Source: Eledone cirrhosa
Lineage: Eukaryota
Reading direction: 5' to 3'
DNA length: 64,000 nt
Assembly (NCBI GenBank): GCA_964016885.1
Contig: OZ024740.1
Span: forward strand, 156,240,001 to 156,304,000
In this document: positions 58,867-64,000 of the stretch, one piece after another
Numbering within the stretch: the stretch's first letter is position 1
Layout of the letters: every line of letters starts with the position of its first letter
The notes under the pieces: model-generated
What the model was told of the DNA's origin: nothing
Seen by the model: the letters and a program-made list of their open reading frames with translations, nothing else
The model's database searches: none
Position numbers and translations under genes: made by a program

Positions 58867-59209
58867 CCCCACAAACACACACTAGATAACACTACATGCG
58901 GCTTTGACCGGGAGGGTCGTTTAGAGGGAATTGGGGGGGGGGGGAGGCTGCACAGCCCCACTTTCCGCCATGGCGATTGGACTGCATCCCCTGCTTTCCA
59001 GGCTACCCTTCGCCATATATGTATTACATATATACATATATATATATGCAGAGGTTATATTTAATTTGTTGGGATTCAACAAGCTTAAACATTTTTATAA
59101 CTGATATAAAGCACTCAATAGATTAGTGGAGTAAATACACTATCCAGGAAGCTCCAACCATTAAGCTTTTTTTCCGGGTATGTCAATATTTATTTATAAA
59201 ACAAATCTG

Positions 59210-59275
59210 TATTTTATCTGATGAAAGCGCACCATAATTTGCCTTGGTTGCCCTTGAACTATATATAATAAAATA
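59210..59275 (+). ncRNA. Hammerhead paralog of 22323-22383 with GAAC substitution
   Basis: TATTTTAT-CTGATGA-AAG..CTT-GAACT-ATAT-ATA-ATAAAATA. Confidence 0.6.
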
Positions 59276-59313
59276 AATATGGTTTTATAAATATAGTTTC
59301 CATTTATTAATAT

Positions 59314-59366
<53 letters not shown>

Positions 59367-59403
59367 GCATACAGACATACATATATATAAATATATTAAT
59401 GTG

Positions 59404-59447
<44 letters not shown>

Positions 59448-59514
59448 CAGACACACACAAACACATACTCTAATCTGTTTCTGTGTTTATCTGTCTATTT
59501 ATCTATCTATCTAT

Positions 59515-60317
59515 CAGTCTGTTCGGTAGGACCTTCCGCCCGGGACCGATGGACAACTTCCAAAAGTCCCTGGCCTGGCAGTGCTACCGAGGAGCTCTAC
59601 CAGTTCGAGACAAGCTCTACAGATATGGGCGCCCGGGCAAGGACCCTGCAAAAAAGATCTGTCCGAGGTGCGTGCGAGACGAAGAAACCGTCGCGCACGC
59701 ATTCATACACTGCTCGGGCGTCACCGACCTGTGGGGCTATGTAGAACGACTATTGTCGCGGGTGGGACCAATCCTGTTGACCACCGAGTCCATTGTCATA
59801 ATCAAACCGCCACCCTCCTTCAAAAACGAAGGAGCGGCGGTTTTCCTTTGTGTGATAGCTATGGCGAAAGAGGTTGTATGGTGGACGAGGTTAAAAGGGC
59901 TGAGGTCAGACACCTTTCTCTCCGGCCAACAACTGATTCTGTTTTTTCAAATACCACTTTGGAAGAAGAATCAGGATGGAGAGAGAGGTGCTGTACCCCA
60001 GCAAGTTTTATGAAAGGTGGGTGAAAGTGGCGAGAATGGTCCGAGTGAATGGCCCTTCTCTCTATATCAGCCTGTAGATTGAGGAAAAAGAGGAGGAGAG
60101 GAAAGGAGTACAAACTCTTCGTACTCCTGGAGATGAGGGTTGCACATTTTTTTTCGGGGGTATGTGTTACCCATATGAAATGTCTCCCCCTATTGGGGAA
60201 AATCGATTAATTTGTGATAATTACATTTGTGATAATATTTTACACGTTTTTATTGTATATAAAGTTCCCCCTTTGTATTTGTCCCCTTCTTTTGTGCCCT
60301 TGTGGCTAATAAAGAAA
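59515..60317 (+). mobile_element. Tx1/L1-like LINE 3' fragment
   Basis: CPRCVRDEETVAHAFIHC zinc knuckle; ends AATAAAGAAA then (ATCT)n; preceded by (TCTA)n. Confidence 0.85.
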
Positions 60318-60842
60318 CATATCTATCTGTCAGTCTCTCTCTGCCTGTCAGATAGATAGATAGATTTCTATTTATTTGCCACGAGGGCATGAAAGAAGGG
60401 GACACATACACAGTGGGGGAGTTTACATAAATCGAGTAAAGAAAAAAAGGAATAACAATAATAATATAATAATAAAAAGTCCTCAAAAGGGAGGGGACGT
60501 GTTGGGGATTGCACATACCCCCGAAAAGTGTGCAACCCTTTTCGCGGGGGAAGCCCAGAGAGGAGGCGCTCCCCCTTTCCTCTTCACTTCTTCACCTTCA
60601 GAACAATGTAGAGAGAAGGCCCATTTACACGAGCCATTCTCGCTTCTTTCACCCACCTTTCATAAAACTGTCTGGGGCCAAGCACTTCTCTCTCCATCCT
60701 GATCCTTCTTCCGAAGTGGTATCGGAAGAAGTAAACCAGGTGTTTGCCGGAGAGAAAGTCACCCGACCTCAGACCTTTCAGGCGCGTACACCACACAACC
60801 TCTTTCATCATGGCTATTACGCACAGAAAGACCGCCTCTGCT

Positions 60843-62261
60843 TCATTTCTGAAGGGAGGAGGCGGCTTGATGTTCACCACAGACTCGGCGGCCAATCGAA
60901 TCGGTGCCACACGCGACAGCAGTCGTTCGACGAAGCCCCACAGATCGGCAACGCCCGGTTTCCTCGTCGCGCACGCATCTGGGACAGACCTTTTTAGCGG
61001 GATCCCTGCCCGGGCGCCCGTGTCTGTAGAGCTTTTCTCGAACGGGCAGAGCCCCCCGGTAGCACTGCCAGGCTAGGGACCTCTGGAAGTTGTCCATGGG
61101 TCCCGGGCCGAAAGTTCTACCGAACAGGCTGGCCAGTTCGTCCTCCTCCATGCCTAGCGACTCTCCAAGGGTGTCGTCGCCCCTGCTAGCCACCAGCCCT
61201 CTATAGAATGTCGAGGTGGATTCTCCACTGTAAGTCGGGTCCGCATGCCAGAGAGCCGTGAGCGCCTGGGCACACTCGGTGTGCCAGTTGCCCAGTTTTC
61301 TCGGTCTTTGCTTCACCCAGGATTGCAGCTCGGTGAGCGAGACGAGCTGTGAGAAGGCTCGCCTCACAAACGGGGCCCACACCGGCTGACCGTTGAGGAA
61401 TACCTGTAGATGCCGTAGTCTCAATGCGTGCCTACGCATCAACAGCCACGGCATACCCAGCCCTCCTTTCGAAGGGTGCTGGCAGCAGATGGATCTCCTC
61501 ACCATGGGAGGCCGCTTCTTCCAGAGGAACTGGAAGAGCATGCGCTCCATGATGGTGAGCGTTTCCTTAGGGCAAGGCACGACGGTCAGGTGGTAGTAGA
61601 TGACGGACGCTATGTAAGCGTTCGCCACCTCCGCCTGACCTTTCAGTGATAGTTTGCACTTGGCCCACTTCTGGGTCAGCGCAAACACCCTGCTCGTCAC
61701 CTCGCCCCAATTCTTCTCCACCTGGAGGTCCGGTCCGAACCAGACCCCGAGCAGCTTCACCGGGCCCTCCGTCCACCGTCCGACGACACCGTCTAACGGC
61801 ATCGGTTTGCCGCTCCACGTTCCGAGTTGCAAACCGACTGACTTGTCCCGGTTCAGCCTAGCCCCCGTCAGCCTTTCGTATTCCTCCAGTAGGGTGGCGA
61901 TCGCCCCGATTTCCGAGGCGTCCGCCACCATTACTGTTACGTCGTCGGCATAGGCCGAGACCGCTTTGTGCAATCCCGGTTCCAGGGGTATGCCCCGCAG
62001 CAACTCCAACTTCCGCAGCAGTGGCTCGAGAGCCAATACGTACAAAAGGGAGGAGAGGGGGCACCCCTGCCTGATGGACCGGGTGATTTGGAACGGCTCC
62101 GAGAGGTAGCCGTTTACTTTAACCCTAGAGCAGACGTTGCCACTGTGCATGGCAGAAATCCAGCCCCTGAAAACGGGTCCGAAGCCCGCCGCCGTTAGCA
62201 CCGCATCCAGGTAACCATGGTCGACCCTATCGAACGCCTTAGATTGATCCAAGTTGATCAA
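60843..62261 (-). pseudogene. RT core and C-terminal region
   Basis: 472 aa ORF with QGCPLS and YADD. Confidence 0.9.
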
Positions 62262-63612
62262 TCTAAGGCGAACCCACCAAAGCCGGGTTCGTTCCCAACC
62301 CTCTCTACGATGTATCGCATGAGGTGGAGGTTGTCGTTAATGGACCTGGACGGGATAGCGCATGTCTGCGCGTCTCCCACCAAGCCACCCACCACAAGCG
62401 CCAACCTCTTCGCTAACACCTTGGCCAAAATCTGTAACTCTGCATTCAGCAGAGTTATGGGCCTAAAGTTACTTAAGTCGTCCCCCTTGCTCTCGTCCTT
62501 CCTCACTAGCGTGACTACGCCCTTGGTCACAGAACAGGGAATTCTCCCGTTCTGTTGCCAGTTGCAATAGACAGCCTCGAGGAGTTCGGAGAACAAGACC
62601 GGCATAGCTAAATAAAGTTCGTATGGTAGACCATCGAGACCCGGAGATTTGCGTCTGCTGCATTGGCTGAGCGCTTCCCCGATTTCAGTGGCTGTGATTG
62701 GCCTTTCGCAGCACTCCGCTTCGCCGCTTGAAAGACGCGGTAGACCGTCGAGGTATGGACCGAAGTCCACATCCCCGTCCGGGCCCCCGCCCCCTCCGAA
62801 CAGTCGAGCAAAGTGCCTTTGAAAGGCCTCGCACATCCGCTCAGGTTCAAGGATCACCCGTCCATCCTGGTCTCGCAAAGACCGAATGGTGGATTTAATC
62901 CCACTCTTGGCTTCTGTCACGCGGGCCCAGCTAACAGCTTTGGTCCCCTCGTTTCCTAAAGCACGTATTTTACTTCGGACAACGCAGCCTTCGTTCTTCG
63001 CGTCAAAAAACTGGCTCAACGCCGTTCTCGACGCTAACACTCTGGCCACGTCTCCGCTCCTAATCGCCTCTTCTAGTTTATCTGTCAACTCCCTTTCCCT
63101 CCTATTTCTATTCGCCGCTAGTTCCTTACTGTAACCTATCGAACTTACTCTAATCTCTCTCTTTAGAGATACCCACCACCTGCTGTTGACGATCGCTCCC
63201 GTCAACCGCATCTTAACTAAGCTACTAATCCGGTTCCTGTAAGCTTCCTTTGCCGGCAAGGACAAGTTCATCTTCCAGTAACTGGGACCCTGTCTATGCG
63301 TTCTATCAAGGTTGACCACGCAGGTCACTAATTTGTGATCTGAATAGCCAACCATGAGCAATTCTGGACAACTAAATACGTCCCTATCCTTACTCCTAAC
63401 CAAAAACCTATCTAGGTACGATCTAGATTGACCACTGCGGTTTTCCCAGGTCCAGGTTGGCACAGTTGGAAAATCTAGTCGAAATCTATCGACCAGGTCG
63501 AATCGATCGAATAACCCCTTGAGGCTGCTACACCCCCCTCTATCGGGACATGCCCCTGCATAGTCCCAACGCGCATCTAGGATTCCATTCCAGTCCCCCA
63601 CTAAAATTCTTT
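62258..63612 (-). pseudogene. APE endonuclease C-terminal half and RT N-terminus
   Basis: part of the 513 aa ORF; homology begins at ILVGDWN. Confidence 0.88.
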
Positions 63613-63929
63613 CAGTAGGGTGGATCGTTGCCTCAGCTACCCGCTCTCTTTCAGTTTGTTTAGTGGGCGTGTCATCGTTACCTGTGGTAATGGCTTCCAT
63701 TACCACTAGCGTAGAGACAATTGCAAGATTTTTAGGATGAAAAATTTCACCCCAAAAGAGGTGAAATAAATTAACCCTAATATCCGAAGACCCAGGCAAG
63801 GGGGTTAATTAACACAATAACGCAAGAATACAGACAAACACTTACTGTTAACACGTAATATCTCCAATATTCGCGGAGCCGATGTGAAGCACGTCTATGC
63901 CATCCGGCGATAGATAGATAGATAGATAT

Positions 63930-64000
63930 CTTTCTTTATTTGCCACAGGGGCGTACACAAATGGGACACTACAAGACGTGACGACGGGGGTTTTTACATA
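63930..64000 (-). mobile_element. 3' end of another Tx1-like copy, next to (GATA)n
   Basis: TTTCTTTATTTGCCACAGGGGC matches the 60364-60390 end. Confidence 0.6.

Larger units (their letters stand above)
60364..63612 (-). mobile_element. 5'-truncated Tx1/L1-like LINE ORF2 (APE endonuclease + RT + zinc knuckle)
   Basis: GDWN, SYLDRF, SDH, KSPGLDG, RPITLLN, DQSKAFDRVDH, RQGCPLS, YADD; frameshifts near 62260 and 60960. Confidence 0.92.

Noticed and set aside
58612-59015. Possible MITE with GAAGGGT/ACCCTTC ends
   Set aside because: Terminal match too short and only one copy in the window.
63613-63799. N-terminal about 60 aa of the 513 aa ORF
   Set aside because: No endonuclease similarity upstream of ILVGDWN; probably read-through into flanking DNA.

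Overview
Gene-free, repeat-dense eukaryotic DNA. The SINE family and the extreme (TA)n/(CA)n content suggest an octopus-type mollusc genome (inference). No host protein-coding gene can be supported, and almost all long ORFs in the track are translated microsatellites. The window holds one intact Penelope-like retroelement (PLE, 710 aa RT + GIY-YIG with a CxCx5C linker, Hydra-clade-like) and three 5'-truncated relatives. It also holds a decayed R4/Dong LINE, Tx1/L1-like LINEs, RTE fragments and non-autonomous RTE derivatives, an Hsmar2-like mariner relic, a hAT MITE and many tRNA-SINEs. The main signal is about 20 complete or near-complete type I hammerhead ribozyme (HHR) motifs, all folded by eye. 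They lie in PLE pseudo-LTRs and in several mutually unrelated ORF-less mini-elements (about 430-520 nt units, retrozyme-like) with PLE-type tandem and inverted architecture, inserted in (TA)n. Several unrelated elements share a GAGYRCTC-like motif 36-67 nt before the (TA)n junction. One HHR has a compensatory U3-A8 core. Coordinates of degenerate elements are approximate.
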